Source: a virus
Taxonomy: Duplodnaviria; Caudoviricetes
DNA length: 62,183 nt
IMG/VR virus record: IMGVR_UViG_3300025141_016207
Coordinates: 1-62,183 of that record
Strand: one strand, 5' to 3'
Under the pieces are notes generated by a model. It did no database searches. It was not told the origin of the DNA and was given only the letters and a program-made list of their open reading frames with translations. Numbering within the stretch: position 1 is the first letter of the stretch; every line of letters begins with the position of its first letter. Of this stretch, positions 9,391 through 18,887 are shown piece after piece. Position numbers and translations under genes: made by a program.

Positions 9391-10317
9391 TTATACCTTT
9401 TTCATATATCGAATGGGCACATCCACTGAATATCCCATCGTTGCACCAATTACTCGCACTGAGGTGTCAATGAAGCGATAATCGATAGCATTCAAAGTTA
9501 CAGTGCTGCCAAATTTGGTGAATAAGTGTGTAGACGATTGTAGATCCAAGCTTGCCTGAACCATAAATTTATAACTTCCCTGGCGCGGACCAGCAATAAC
9601 AAAGTCGCCTTTACCGCCACCGGGCTTGACCGCCACGGCAGGAGCAATGGGATTAATCAAAAAATACGTCGCTACCTGATCATCGTCTAAGAATGAGATG
9701 TTCTGGGCAACGCCAGGGAGATGTAGCAAGTTGCCCAAGCGATTATCCATCTGTACCATTAATTGAGTTTCGCGCAAGCTATTATCAAACTGCGCGGCTG
9801 GTGGGAGATCCGTTGTATCCAAGCCAAAGTCTACCCTGCAATATTTTGAACCTTCACCGATATTTTGTCCATATAAGACGCCCCTTTGCCCCACCAGGGA
9901 CTTCTCAGTATCCTGATCCACTGCAACCAATTGGATCAGAAGAGTCTCGTTTCGGACAGAGTTCTCGTCGCCGTTGTTGTCACCGCTAACTCCAACATTG
10001 TTAACCTTTGCAACGGGTAAATACAAAATATCCGTTCTTGGAATCGACAGAAGATTATACTTCATCACAGAAGTGTTATTCGTAAACGCTTCGAAAACAG
10101 GAGTTTGCAAGATTGACAAATCATAATAAGCAGAGCCCGAAGCGTGAACGCCACTTGGATTGTTTTCATTCTCGTATAAACGATAATTGATTTCGTCATC
10201 GCCCAGAGCAAATTTAACAATTTTAAAGCTGCCATCACCCTTTGCCATCCTAAATCGTCCGGTATCGGTGAGCACCGCATCTAAAATTATGTCTCCAGAA
10301 TTATCTAAAAAAGCCAT
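9391..10317 (-). CDS. Virion/baseplate structural protein
   Basis: N-terminus MAFLDNSGDIILDAVLTDTGR..KFALGDDEINY resembles the tail-collar (DUF3751-like) N-terminus; GGAG SD upstream. Confidence 0.55.
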   Translation of the reverse strand: MAFLDNSGDIILDAVLTDTGRFRMAKGDGSFKIVKFALGDDEINYRLYENENNPSGVHASGSAYYDLSILQTPVFEAFTNNTSVMKYNLLSIPRTDILYLPVAKVNNVGVSGDNNGDENSVRNETLLIQLVAVDQDTEKSLVGQRGVLYGQNIGEGSKYCRVDFGLDTTDLPPAAQFDNSLRETQLMVQMDNRLGNLLHLPGVAQNISFLDDDQVATYFLINPIAPAVAVKPGGGKGDFVIAGPRQGSYKFMVQASLDLQSSTHLFTKFGSTVTLNAIDYRFIDTSVRVIGATMGYSVDVPIRYMKKV

Positions 10318-10326
10318 TTCTTACTC

Positions 10327-13300
10327 CTAATCATCTTCTTTGTTTCTCAATTTTTCAAAATTCTCTATTAACGATAGAACCGCGAGTTTATCCAAACCCT
10401 TGTGTTCAAGCATATCACTCAATTTATTAATTAATTTTGGTGAAACGCCATAATCATCGTAATCTCTAGTAAATAGTTCATTTGTAGATTTAAAGTTCAA
10501 ATCAAAATATTTTTTGATGTCCTGTTGATCCCCAAAGCTTAAATCGCCAAATTTTTCCAAACTAAAACCCTGCACGGGGGGTAAGGTATAATTAAGAGTT
10601 TCCAAAGTGGGAATTAAATTGATGTCCACTACTTTGCCAGTAGATTTGGAAGTAAGTCTTAATTTGATATACTTATTTTTACCCTTTTTCTTGTTGGTAA
10701 ATAAATTAGTCTTTTGAGACGCTGTTCCATCTGACAACGCCAGAGTTGTAGCATCGGCTGAATTTGCCTTTGACACGTCTGTCACCATCATTTGTTCTGG
10801 AGAGAGGGCTATGTGCAATAACGAATTAAATTCATACACTTCTTTTCTCTTTGGCGATCTGAACTCAAAGAGTTTAATCTGTGGGAGTCTGACGGCATCA
10901 TGTTCTATCAGTTCGACCTGATAAATGGCAGTTGGGTTAGAAACCAAGCCATGCCAGTTAACGGTTCTAAAGGTATACCAATATTTTTTATTTGTTTCCA
11001 CCTTGTCGATAAAACCCGTAGTTTGATCGAGATGGATTATTTGTAATTTGGCATCTTCAAAATCTGCATATTCTTTTGGCTCCTCGTCGAGCCTAAACAT
11101 TTCTACTTTTGTTAAATCTGATATTGTCGCAAACTCCAAATTATAACCCTGTTTCGAAGATTGACCAACCCACGAGTACATGCTCGCAGCCATCTGCTTG
11201 GTAACTTCCCAAGCTTCCCGAGATTTTGCCTCGCCTTCCATTGCTTTTTGGTTAACTCTTGCCTTCGCAAACAAAGCCTCATCTTTTTTGAAAATTGCGA
11301 TTGGCTCTGCTTTGAGCCTATCGGAATTATTTTGGAAAAGAAAACCTACTTCATTGGGCTTATCCTTGTAGGGAATTGCCCTAATAACGGGAAACACAGG
11401 TGGTCTATCATAAATATTGATCACGTTAGACTGACCAACTTGCACCTTGAACATTCTTAAATCAGGATAAGAAACACAAGCAAATTTCAGCTTGGTTTTG
11501 GACGCATTTGTAATCGGGGCTCCATTCTGACCAATCGTTTCAAATCCCAAAAACTGATGGTACGCTGTTGCCACTCCCAAACTGGCAACATGATAATAAA
11601 ATTTATAATAATAATCTGTATCATAATAAACGTCGGAATCAACAATATTAAGTGCCTGCTCGGCATCTATATCAATAGGGAAAAACATTTCTTTTTCGAC
11701 CTGTTGTTGTTCATCGCCTTGCTCTTCAGCAATGCGAACTCGCTGAATCGAATAGCCGACCACTTCTGCATAAGTACGCTTGCCTTTTAGAGAATCCCAA
11801 AAAGTAAGCTGGTTATCTTTAACAATTTGACTAAATTTATTTACCATTAACGCTTTAAATAATTTGCTCTTTTGAGGCTCGCCGCCAGTTGTTTTGTTAT
11901 GCCTGGATATAAAGTTGCGATATTTTAAATTTTTAGCGATATCGGCGAGAATCATAAGATTCGTTCCTTTGACAAGAGGTATTGTGGGTTTTTTACCCTT
12001 CGATGGCTCAACTGTATTGTCTTTTCCGTAAAAAGGATTGGTTACAAACATTTCTACGGGTTCGGCTTCGGCGGGGGTGAGGTTGAAGCCCTCCTGTTGC
12101 ACTTGGTAGGGTCGAGCGTGTGCTATTTTCTTTACCCAACGATCTGCCAATGCATTTAAGGTGTTTGGTTCTAAAAATCCTGCATTTTTATTTAATATAG
12201 CGGGATTAGTCGCGCCGTCCGTAAAGAAAAATTTAAGATATTCGCCTAAACGATCACCGGATTTAACAACATTCAAATGTGAATCAGGTGAAAGTTGCAG
12301 ACCGGCAACTTCAAATGGTCCCGCATACGTTTCCTTGCCCGAGATGAAGGGCGCATCATCTTTGTCCGCAGAGAATAAAATTTTTGGATTGAAGGAGGCG
12401 TCCTCAAGTGAATCCCCGCGCAATAAACCTCCAACTTCTGATGCGTCATTATATGAGGAAACAGAATTAAACAAAAACGTATCTCTTAATTTGAACTCTT
12501 CTAAAGCCTTTGAAAAAGATGGTTCGGCAATAAGAGAATTCGATCGCTCAAATGAACAATAAATTTCATTATAAAAGGGCAAATAATTACGATTGGCATA
12601 AACATCTTTTAAAAATGGGTCATCTCGCACAAAATAATAATCGCTATTACGCACCATAATATTATATGCGCCCATGGGGTCTCCAGGCGTTGGATCCACC
12701 TCGTTAACAACTTTAGCCTTAAAAGTCTTTTCGAACTTTTCTACCGGGCTTGGTCCGACAGCAGGGGCACTGCCGCCGATGCCGCCAACCTTGCCGCCCT
12801 TGTTGCCACCGACGTTGCCGTCGTTGATGTTGGGCACGGCATTGAACCAAGGCGATAAATAATTTTGATAAAACCCCTTATCCTGCACCCAATCGTTGGG
12901 GTTTTGGCTAGCCCGACTAAGCAAATCAAACTTCCAATTATATGAACCTTTTTGAACAACATCTCCAGCATCCTTGCCGATGCCAATCTGTTTCTGATGA
13001 AACTTTGCAATTTTATAAGCATAGTAAGATGACGGTCGAATTACGCTATCAATTAGATTGGGGGAACTGGCAGTAAAAAACGAATCTCTAAGCTCCAAAG
13101 CTTTTACAAGATAATTGTATCTTCCAAAAGTATCAAATTTCGTCCTATCCTCTTGGGTGGGTCTAAACTGATCAATCGCCAAATCGGGGCTAAGTGGATC
13201 AGGGGGAGAAGCATCAGCCAAGAAAGCTGGTGTTGGTAATTCAAAATAATGGTAGTGAGATGGCGGTGTTTCAGAAAGGACGTGAGTTGGGGCAACGGCA

Positions 13301-14193
13301 TCACCATGAGGTTTGATATCAAATAATTGAAACAAGGATCCCCACAAAAAACCTTGAGGAGGCTTGGGGTTATCTGGGTGAGGGTCCGCTGGCTTGATAT
13401 CGGGACCGACCCACATATCCCAACCCGCAGCAGCCTCTGGATCCGTCAATGGATTTGGAGGAGTTGGCGAGATGGCGTTGGGTGACGTAGCGATCATGTT
13501 TAAAACACTATTGTTGCTTTCTACTATTTCACGAATTTTATATTGTAAAGCGGTGTCCTCAAAAAGAACCTGCTGCAAATAACCGCCAGATTTCTTATCC
13601 AAAAAGTAGCCATCGGTTTTGTCAACATTATTATCTTGTTTAAGCGTATCAAAAGAGGCGACGAACACCCCCTCCTTCTTGCCTTTGGAATCTCGCTTAA
13701 ATGGCTCATATCTCTCTAGTTGCACCTTGGTGTCGGCAGGGGTTATAACGTTGCCGCCGCCATCGTGAACCGTGGCTTGCACAGCAAACTCAACATCAAC
13801 AATTTCAACATAGGCATCGCCTAGCCAGTAATTGGGATCGAACTCTCTCAAACGAGCGGCGGCCTTTGGGGGCAGTTTCATTTTCCACCGCTTTGAAATG
13901 GGAGGCGGTTTTCCTGTTCTAGTGTCAATTGAAAATAACGAATCTTTATAATCGGTACTTCCTGAAAATAATTGATTTCCAAATGTTACCTCAGATCGAT
14001 ATATAGTCGAATTATCATCCCCTAGTCGTTCCGTATTCAATTGTGGATAACGACCCAAAAGCTTGGCGAGGGGATTGATATTGTCCACCTGAATAAAGTC
14101 GGCATCGGTGATGGTGGCGTCGTCTGGACCTTGCGCCATGGCAGCACGCGAGACGTTTATGTGGTTTCTAAATGTATATTTCTTCGTCTTCAT
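10327..14193 (-). CDS. Large putative virion protein (1288 aa) with FN3-like segments in the C-terminal third
   Basis: Long ORF in the structural block; IVDSDVYYDTDYYYKF and FIDKVETNKKYWYTFRTVNWHGLVSNPT are FN3-like strands; Gly-rich linker GNVGGNKGGKVGGIGG. Confidence 0.5.
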   Translation of the reverse strand: MKTKKYTFRNHINVSRAAMAQGPDDATITDADFIQVDNINPLAKLLGRYPQLNTERLGDDNSTIYRSEVTFGNQLFSGSTDYKDSLFSIDTRTGKPPPISKRWKMKLPPKAAARLREFDPNYWLGDAYVEIVDVEFAVQATVHDGGGNVITPADTKVQLERYEPFKRDSKGKKEGVFVASFDTLKQDNNVDKTDGYFLDKKSGGYLQQVLFEDTALQYKIREIVESNNSVLNMIATSPNAISPTPPNPLTDPEAAAGWDMWVGPDIKPADPHPDNPKPPQGFLWGSLFQLFDIKPHGDAVAPTHVLSETPPSHYHYFELPTPAFLADASPPDPLSPDLAIDQFRPTQEDRTKFDTFGRYNYLVKALELRDSFFTASSPNLIDSVIRPSSYYAYKIAKFHQKQIGIGKDAGDVVQKGSYNWKFDLLSRASQNPNDWVQDKGFYQNYLSPWFNAVPNINDGNVGGNKGGKVGGIGGSAPAVGPSPVEKFEKTFKAKVVNEVDPTPGDPMGAYNIMVRNSDYYFVRDDPFLKDVYANRNYLPFYNEIYCSFERSNSLIAEPSFSKALEEFKLRDTFLFNSVSSYNDASEVGGLLRGDSLEDASFNPKILFSADKDDAPFISGKETYAGPFEVAGLQLSPDSHLNVVKSGDRLGEYLKFFFTDGATNPAILNKNAGFLEPNTLNALADRWVKKIAHARPYQVQQEGFNLTPAEAEPVEMFVTNPFYGKDNTVEPSKGKKPTIPLVKGTNLMILADIAKNLKYRNFISRHNKTTGGEPQKSKLFKALMVNKFSQIVKDNQLTFWDSLKGKRTYAEVVGYSIQRVRIAEEQGDEQQQVEKEMFFPIDIDAEQALNIVDSDVYYDTDYYYKFYYHVASLGVATAYHQFLGFETIGQNGAPITNASKTKLKFACVSYPDLRMFKVQVGQSNVINIYDRPPVFPVIRAIPYKDKPNEVGFLFQNNSDRLKAEPIAIFKKDEALFAKARVNQKAMEGEAKSREAWEVTKQMAASMYSWVGQSSKQGYNLEFATISDLTKVEMFRLDEEPKEYADFEDAKLQIIHLDQTTGFIDKVETNKKYWYTFRTVNWHGLVSNPTAIYQVELIEHDAVRLPQIKLFEFRSPKRKEVYEFNSLLHIALSPEQMMVTDVSKANSADATTLALSDGTASQKTNLFTNKKKGKNKYIKLRLTSKSTGKVVDINLIPTLETLNYTLPPVQGFSLEKFGDLSFGDQQDIKKYFDLNFKSTNELFTRDYDDYGVSPKLINKLSDMLEHKGLDKLAVLSLIENFEKLRNKEDD

Positions 14194-14205
14194 CTTAAAT
14201 TCCTA

Positions 14206-17200
14206 TCACACATACATCCCGCCATCAGGATGCTCTGGATCTTCCATCCACTGTTGCCCAGGCTCTGGTGGGGCACCCGTTGCTGGATCAATCGGCGGTG
14301 GACCATTGCCCACGCCGCCACCCGGCATGGGTGGCGGTGGTGCAGCAGCTTGTTTTTTCTGAGCCTCAAGAAATTCTTTAGGCGAAGCACAAACCTGCCA
14401 AGTACCGTCCTTCAACTTATGAGCGCCCTTACATCCCCAAACCGCAACTGCTTGGTTGGCGGCTTCTTTTGCAGACGTATAGGTAGCGTATTCAGGTGGC
14501 GGCGCTTCAACTGCGAAAATCTCAGGGAGGTTGCCATAAAGCTTTACCTTTTCACCCTTAATTATGACCTCAAACCCAAAACTGACTGATGGTATGTCTA
14601 TAACTCCAGTTTTCTGATACTTATCCGATACAATCAGAAAAAATTCATCTTCAACATCAAATCCCAAATTTGTAAAAGATGCAACCGAAAGAGTACCATT
14701 TGAAGAGGGCGCAAACCGAGCAAGGAAGTTTTCTTTCCCAATCCTTTTTGTAATATCACCAAGAGATAATGGCTTCCATTGCCCGTCTTTATAATCCCAA
14801 ACTTCAATCCTTCGCGTGTTTTGCACCGCAAGTAGGTAAGTTGGCACGGCTGCTCTGGTCATCCCAAACCTATTTTCTTTAAATTCAAAATCCGTACCCG
14901 AGACAGAATTGGTCGAATCCACTGATTTCAATAAGATCGACTTATAAAAAGGTGGCAGCTTGTTTAGCCAATCCATTACCAGCCCTTGAATCGAGGGGTG
15001 GAAAGAATTTACAACAAAATCATTTGCTGTCGCATTAAAAACGTTGGCATTTAGAGAAAAAAGATAATGGAATGGAAAAAGTGCATATAATCCCCAGAAA
15101 AAAGAATAAACTGAGAAATCTTGAACGGCAGCTTCTTGCGTTTGCTGACCCTGAAGATAACTCTGTAATGCCTTTTTGTTGACTTTCTGCTGTTTGCCAG
15201 TAAATAATTTTTTGTCTTTATTGGAAAGCATCAAGGCGTCTTTTTGCGTAACAATTTGTACATCGGTTATGTCAATAAAGCTTTCAAACAATTCTTGTTC
15301 CAGATTGGTAGCGTCAAGCGTCTCAGAGCCCCTGAAGAATTTGCTAGAGGCTTTTTGGAAAAATTCATTAAGGTTATCATAGTTTTTAAAGGTTAATTTA
15401 TTGTTACCATCTAAACAATTTACCCGTGGTTCTTTAGCCCCCAATTTCAGAGAATACGGGGTAAAATATAGCCCATCGTTATTTATATTCAATTTGGCGG
15501 TGGCGTCAACATCCATCCCGGCTGCGCCCTGTTGAAACAATGAAACCTCTACATTCTGAGAGAAAAAGAATTTTTCCATTTCAAAATCTGAAAACTCTTT
15601 TAGATCGGCTGGCGTCATCATTAACATTGGAGATGATTTGTATGGAAGCGCACCGAATGGATCCTGTGGCTTCGCTACGCTTTCTTCTGGAAAAAACTGT
15701 AGATGAGGAACATTGTCAAATTTTATTATATTCTTAATATCATATGACTTTATACCAACACTTATCGATGCAGTTTTACTGGAAACGTTGACAGCGTTAA
15801 AAAGATATTGAGGAAACTTAACAAGCTTACGAACTGAATTCAATAACGCTTCTAACATGTCGTTGGTAAATGAAAGATAATTGGGATCCGTGTTCTCAAG
15901 ATCTAACGAATTACCAGCCTGAAGACCTATTTTCTTTAAACCTTCAAGCAAGTGCCAGCGCGGATCGTCCTCCACAAGCTTTACAGAGAAAACAAACCTT
16001 AAATAAGAGATAAAATCGTTTGTAAACTTCTTTACCTCTTCGGCATCTTTCCAAAAGTCAGTAAAAAATTGTGACCGCATTCTGTTAATTGACTTATCAT
16101 AATATTGTGGCAAAATACTTGCGGCAACGAGGCTTTGCATTTTTGTAGACCAAATTGACTCGTATTTCATAACAAACTTTTTAAGATCCTCAAGCTGTGT
16201 CGATATATAAGATACTTCTAAACGATATTTATATTCTCTCCCCAACGCGGCAGTCTTATCGACAAACGCAATATATTCCATATTGGAGTCATTAAGCGTC
16301 ACCTTATTAGCAGTAATTAAATCAGTATTGGAGCTATCCACCTTATCAGGCTCCTTTGATTTGCCGACCTTCTTGTCAGCGGCAGGGGCTCCAATCGGGG
16401 GAAGACCCGGTGCGGTTAAGTCTTGCCAATCAATAGTTCCCAAAAGTTCCTCGGGAATAGTTTTATCATAGGTTATATCTGCACTCGTCTGTTGCTTTCT
16501 GTAAATACTCAACGCCGTAATTGTCATGCCTGGGTTAAATCCCTTGTAAATAAAGCTATTCTTCTTAAACTTCTCAGTGTCAAATACGACTCCATTAACA
16601 ATATTATAATCCGCATTTACATAAGAATAAAATTGAGAAAACGGGCTGCCGTCGAGACCGAGTTCCGACTCGATCCAGCCAGCAGGCATTAGCTCCTTGA
16701 AGGGAGAGGGGCTTAATTCTTTTTGTAAAAAATCTTCAACCACTGATACATTAAGGTCTATTGTCCCTAGTGACAGATTTCGTATATCTTTAATCTGCGA
16801 TGTTCTGTCCACCCTTTGATAGAGCAAGGCATCGTTTTTGTTGTCGGCACTCCCACCATATTTAACATATCTTACATGTGGCATTTGATTTATAGCTAAA
16901 CGATAGCCATCTACGCCGACACCGTTTGGACCCCATATCATTAAGTTCTTTTTTTCGTTTTCCCAATCGGGCTTGTCAGTTATAACCCTAGTGCTCTCCC
17001 CAATCCAATATTTTAAACCGGTCGTTAAAACCGCGTCATATTGTAAAACGGGGTTGCCGTTTTTAAAAATATCGTAAAAGCAAACGCGGGAAATATTTAA
17101 ATCGTTAGATGCAATACCAAAATCCCCCAATGCACCATCCACATCTATGGTCACTTCTAAAACACACATCGCTTCCAGCGGATTATAAAACCATCCTGTA

Positions 17201-17934
17201 GCATCATCGGAGAGGTCGCCATGAGAAGTGTGATAAAACTCAAGCTCATCAAATTTATACTCCATGAAATATTTCTGATAGGAGTCCAAGCCAGTGGTGA
17301 CAATTGGTTGCAGTTTAAAACCGGGATTGACGCTTATAACGTCTTGACCCTTCCATTTTGATGTAGTTTCATAATCACTAAATCCTTTGGATATCTTCCT
17401 CACTGCCTTTTTGCGAAACTGATGCTGGTAGGCTAACTTCGACCACTCCACGTTGCCCTTGCCCGTGGACCAAACCTTCGCCGACTTGTGCCAAAGGGCT
17501 TTCTCGGTAGCTAATGTGTCGAGGGATTGAGCAAAAGTGGGAGCAACCTTCTGACTGCCAGGAGTATCGTACACGGCTCCTTCAAACTCAAAACTGCCGC
17601 CTTGCGGTGTTAGCCCGTGTAAAAATGGGTTAAGCTTCAAAGACCTGATCATTTCGGGATCAGTTATAACATAGGCGTTGATTGATAACAAATTTTTAAA
17701 TTGTTCAATATCCAACAAATCACCCTCAAGAAGATCTAGAAGTGCCACTCTGAATGAGACGTTTACTGCCTGAGAGTTTGGACTATTGTTAAGTGGAGCA
17801 CCCAAATCCTCCATACTTTTAGGAGAGGCTTGAATCACCCCCTTATCGACCCTGGTCACCATCATGTCGGTCAGGATAGGATGAGGAATCAATTGACTCT
17901 TTACGGAATTTAAATCTATTTTTTTAATATCCAT
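14206..17934 (-). CDS. Large putative virion protein (1242 aa) with a C-terminal Cys/His motif and Pro-rich tail
   Basis: Long ORF in the structural block; FVDKTAALGREYKYRLEV FN3-like strand; C-terminal GCKGAHKLKDGTWQVC and APPPPMPGGG..PPP. Confidence 0.5.
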   Translation of the reverse strand: MDIKKIDLNSVKSQLIPHPILTDMMVTRVDKGVIQASPKSMEDLGAPLNNSPNSQAVNVSFRVALLDLLEGDLLDIEQFKNLLSINAYVITDPEMIRSLKLNPFLHGLTPQGGSFEFEGAVYDTPGSQKVAPTFAQSLDTLATEKALWHKSAKVWSTGKGNVEWSKLAYQHQFRKKAVRKISKGFSDYETTSKWKGQDVISVNPGFKLQPIVTTGLDSYQKYFMEYKFDELEFYHTSHGDLSDDATGWFYNPLEAMCVLEVTIDVDGALGDFGIASNDLNISRVCFYDIFKNGNPVLQYDAVLTTGLKYWIGESTRVITDKPDWENEKKNLMIWGPNGVGVDGYRLAINQMPHVRYVKYGGSADNKNDALLYQRVDRTSQIKDIRNLSLGTIDLNVSVVEDFLQKELSPSPFKELMPAGWIESELGLDGSPFSQFYSYVNADYNIVNGVVFDTEKFKKNSFIYKGFNPGMTITALSIYRKQQTSADITYDKTIPEELLGTIDWQDLTAPGLPPIGAPAADKKVGKSKEPDKVDSSNTDLITANKVTLNDSNMEYIAFVDKTAALGREYKYRLEVSYISTQLEDLKKFVMKYESIWSTKMQSLVAASILPQYYDKSINRMRSQFFTDFWKDAEEVKKFTNDFISYLRFVFSVKLVEDDPRWHLLEGLKKIGLQAGNSLDLENTDPNYLSFTNDMLEALLNSVRKLVKFPQYLFNAVNVSSKTASISVGIKSYDIKNIIKFDNVPHLQFFPEESVAKPQDPFGALPYKSSPMLMMTPADLKEFSDFEMEKFFFSQNVEVSLFQQGAAGMDVDATAKLNINNDGLYFTPYSLKLGAKEPRVNCLDGNNKLTFKNYDNLNEFFQKASSKFFRGSETLDATNLEQELFESFIDITDVQIVTQKDALMLSNKDKKLFTGKQQKVNKKALQSYLQGQQTQEAAVQDFSVYSFFWGLYALFPFHYLFSLNANVFNATANDFVVNSFHPSIQGLVMDWLNKLPPFYKSILLKSVDSTNSVSGTDFEFKENRFGMTRAAVPTYLLAVQNTRRIEVWDYKDGQWKPLSLGDITKRIGKENFLARFAPSSNGTLSVASFTNLGFDVEDEFFLIVSDKYQKTGVIDIPSVSFGFEVIIKGEKVKLYGNLPEIFAVEAPPPEYATYTSAKEAANQAVAVWGCKGAHKLKDGTWQVCASPKEFLEAQKKQAAAPPPPMPGGGVGNGPPPIDPATGAPPEPGQQWMEDPEHPDGGMYV

Positions 17935-17937
17935 TTA

Positions 17938-18852
17938 TTAGTCCTCGCAGAAATCTTCCTCGATCTGTGGCAGGTTATCATAAATGCTCGTTGTTGCTTG
18001 TGGGGGCTCTTTCTCTGGAATGGAAACGTCGAAATCACTTTCGATAGAAAGAAAGTGAAAAACACTATTTGGCACATCTTCCTCAAAATATAATTTTTCT
18101 GGCGTTATCACCGTTTTGTCTTCTCCGGTGGCTTTGTTTGTTACTTTTTCTTCTGTGACCAAAAAAGCCTCCATCTCAAAATTTGAACTAAACTCTCTAG
18201 AGTTAAATTCAGTGAATAAAGCTACAATATTATTGCGAGCAACTTTCAACACCGTTTTATCATCATATACCTTAATTATTTTTTCTCCAGCGTCCTCTAT
18301 AGTAGTAAAATTAAATGACCCACCCGCTTTTTCAATCGGCATAAATAAATCAAACATTTCATCATCAAGAACATCAGCCACGGTAAGCCCCTTAAGTTCG
18401 ATGTCTAATTGAGGAATTGTCATTTCTCCATATGATGAAGACAGAGTTCCTGATGAGGATGAAATCTCGCTTTTTAACATTAATATGTTAAGAGCCGGGG
18501 CATTCTGCACTCCAATTTCTGAGTTGGCGAGAAAGCAATTGTTATTAACAATATCCAGCCTTGTCGGATTTTCCAATCTACAACCCTCGGCATTGCTAGA
18601 AAAAATCTTGGAATTTGTTGTATCGACGCCGACTATATTAAACAAGGGGCTCTGGCGTGCAGTTTCGTCTTTAATCCTGGGAAGTATGTCGTTCTGATAG
18701 TTTGTCAAACCCGCATATCGACCATCATAAATAATATCATTATCGTAAAAGGCGTAAAACGCAGGCATCAAGGTGCCCTGTGAAAGTAATTTTCGACCAT
18801 ATGGTGTCAAAACCACTTCTACCACTTGTTCTTTTTTATCTAAAAAGCTCAT
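17938..18852 (-). CDS. Virion/baseplate structural protein, N-terminus paralogous to 9391-10317
   Basis: MSFLDKKEQVVEVVLTPYGRKLLSQG..YAFYDNDIIY aligns with MAFLDNSGDIILDAVLTDTGRFRMAKG..FALGDDEINY. Confidence 0.55.
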   Translation of the reverse strand: MSFLDKKEQVVEVVLTPYGRKLLSQGTLMPAFYAFYDNDIIYDGRYAGLTNYQNDILPRIKDETARQSPLFNIVGVDTTNSKIFSSNAEGCRLENPTRLDIVNNNCFLANSEIGVQNAPALNILMLKSEISSSSGTLSSSYGEMTIPQLDIELKGLTVADVLDDEMFDLFMPIEKAGGSFNFTTIEDAGEKIIKVYDDKTVLKVARNNIVALFTEFNSREFSSNFEMEAFLVTEEKVTNKATGEDKTVITPEKLYFEEDVPNSVFHFLSIESDFDVSIPEKEPPQATTSIYDNLPQIEEDFCED

Positions 18853-18887
18853 ATATTAAATAGCCATTGTGAATATAAGTTTATCAT

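Noticed and set aside
12760-12840. GCC-rich quasi-repeat
   Set aside because: It simply encodes a Gly-rich linker (GNVGGNKGGKVGGIGG) in the 1288-aa protein; not a regular DNA repeat
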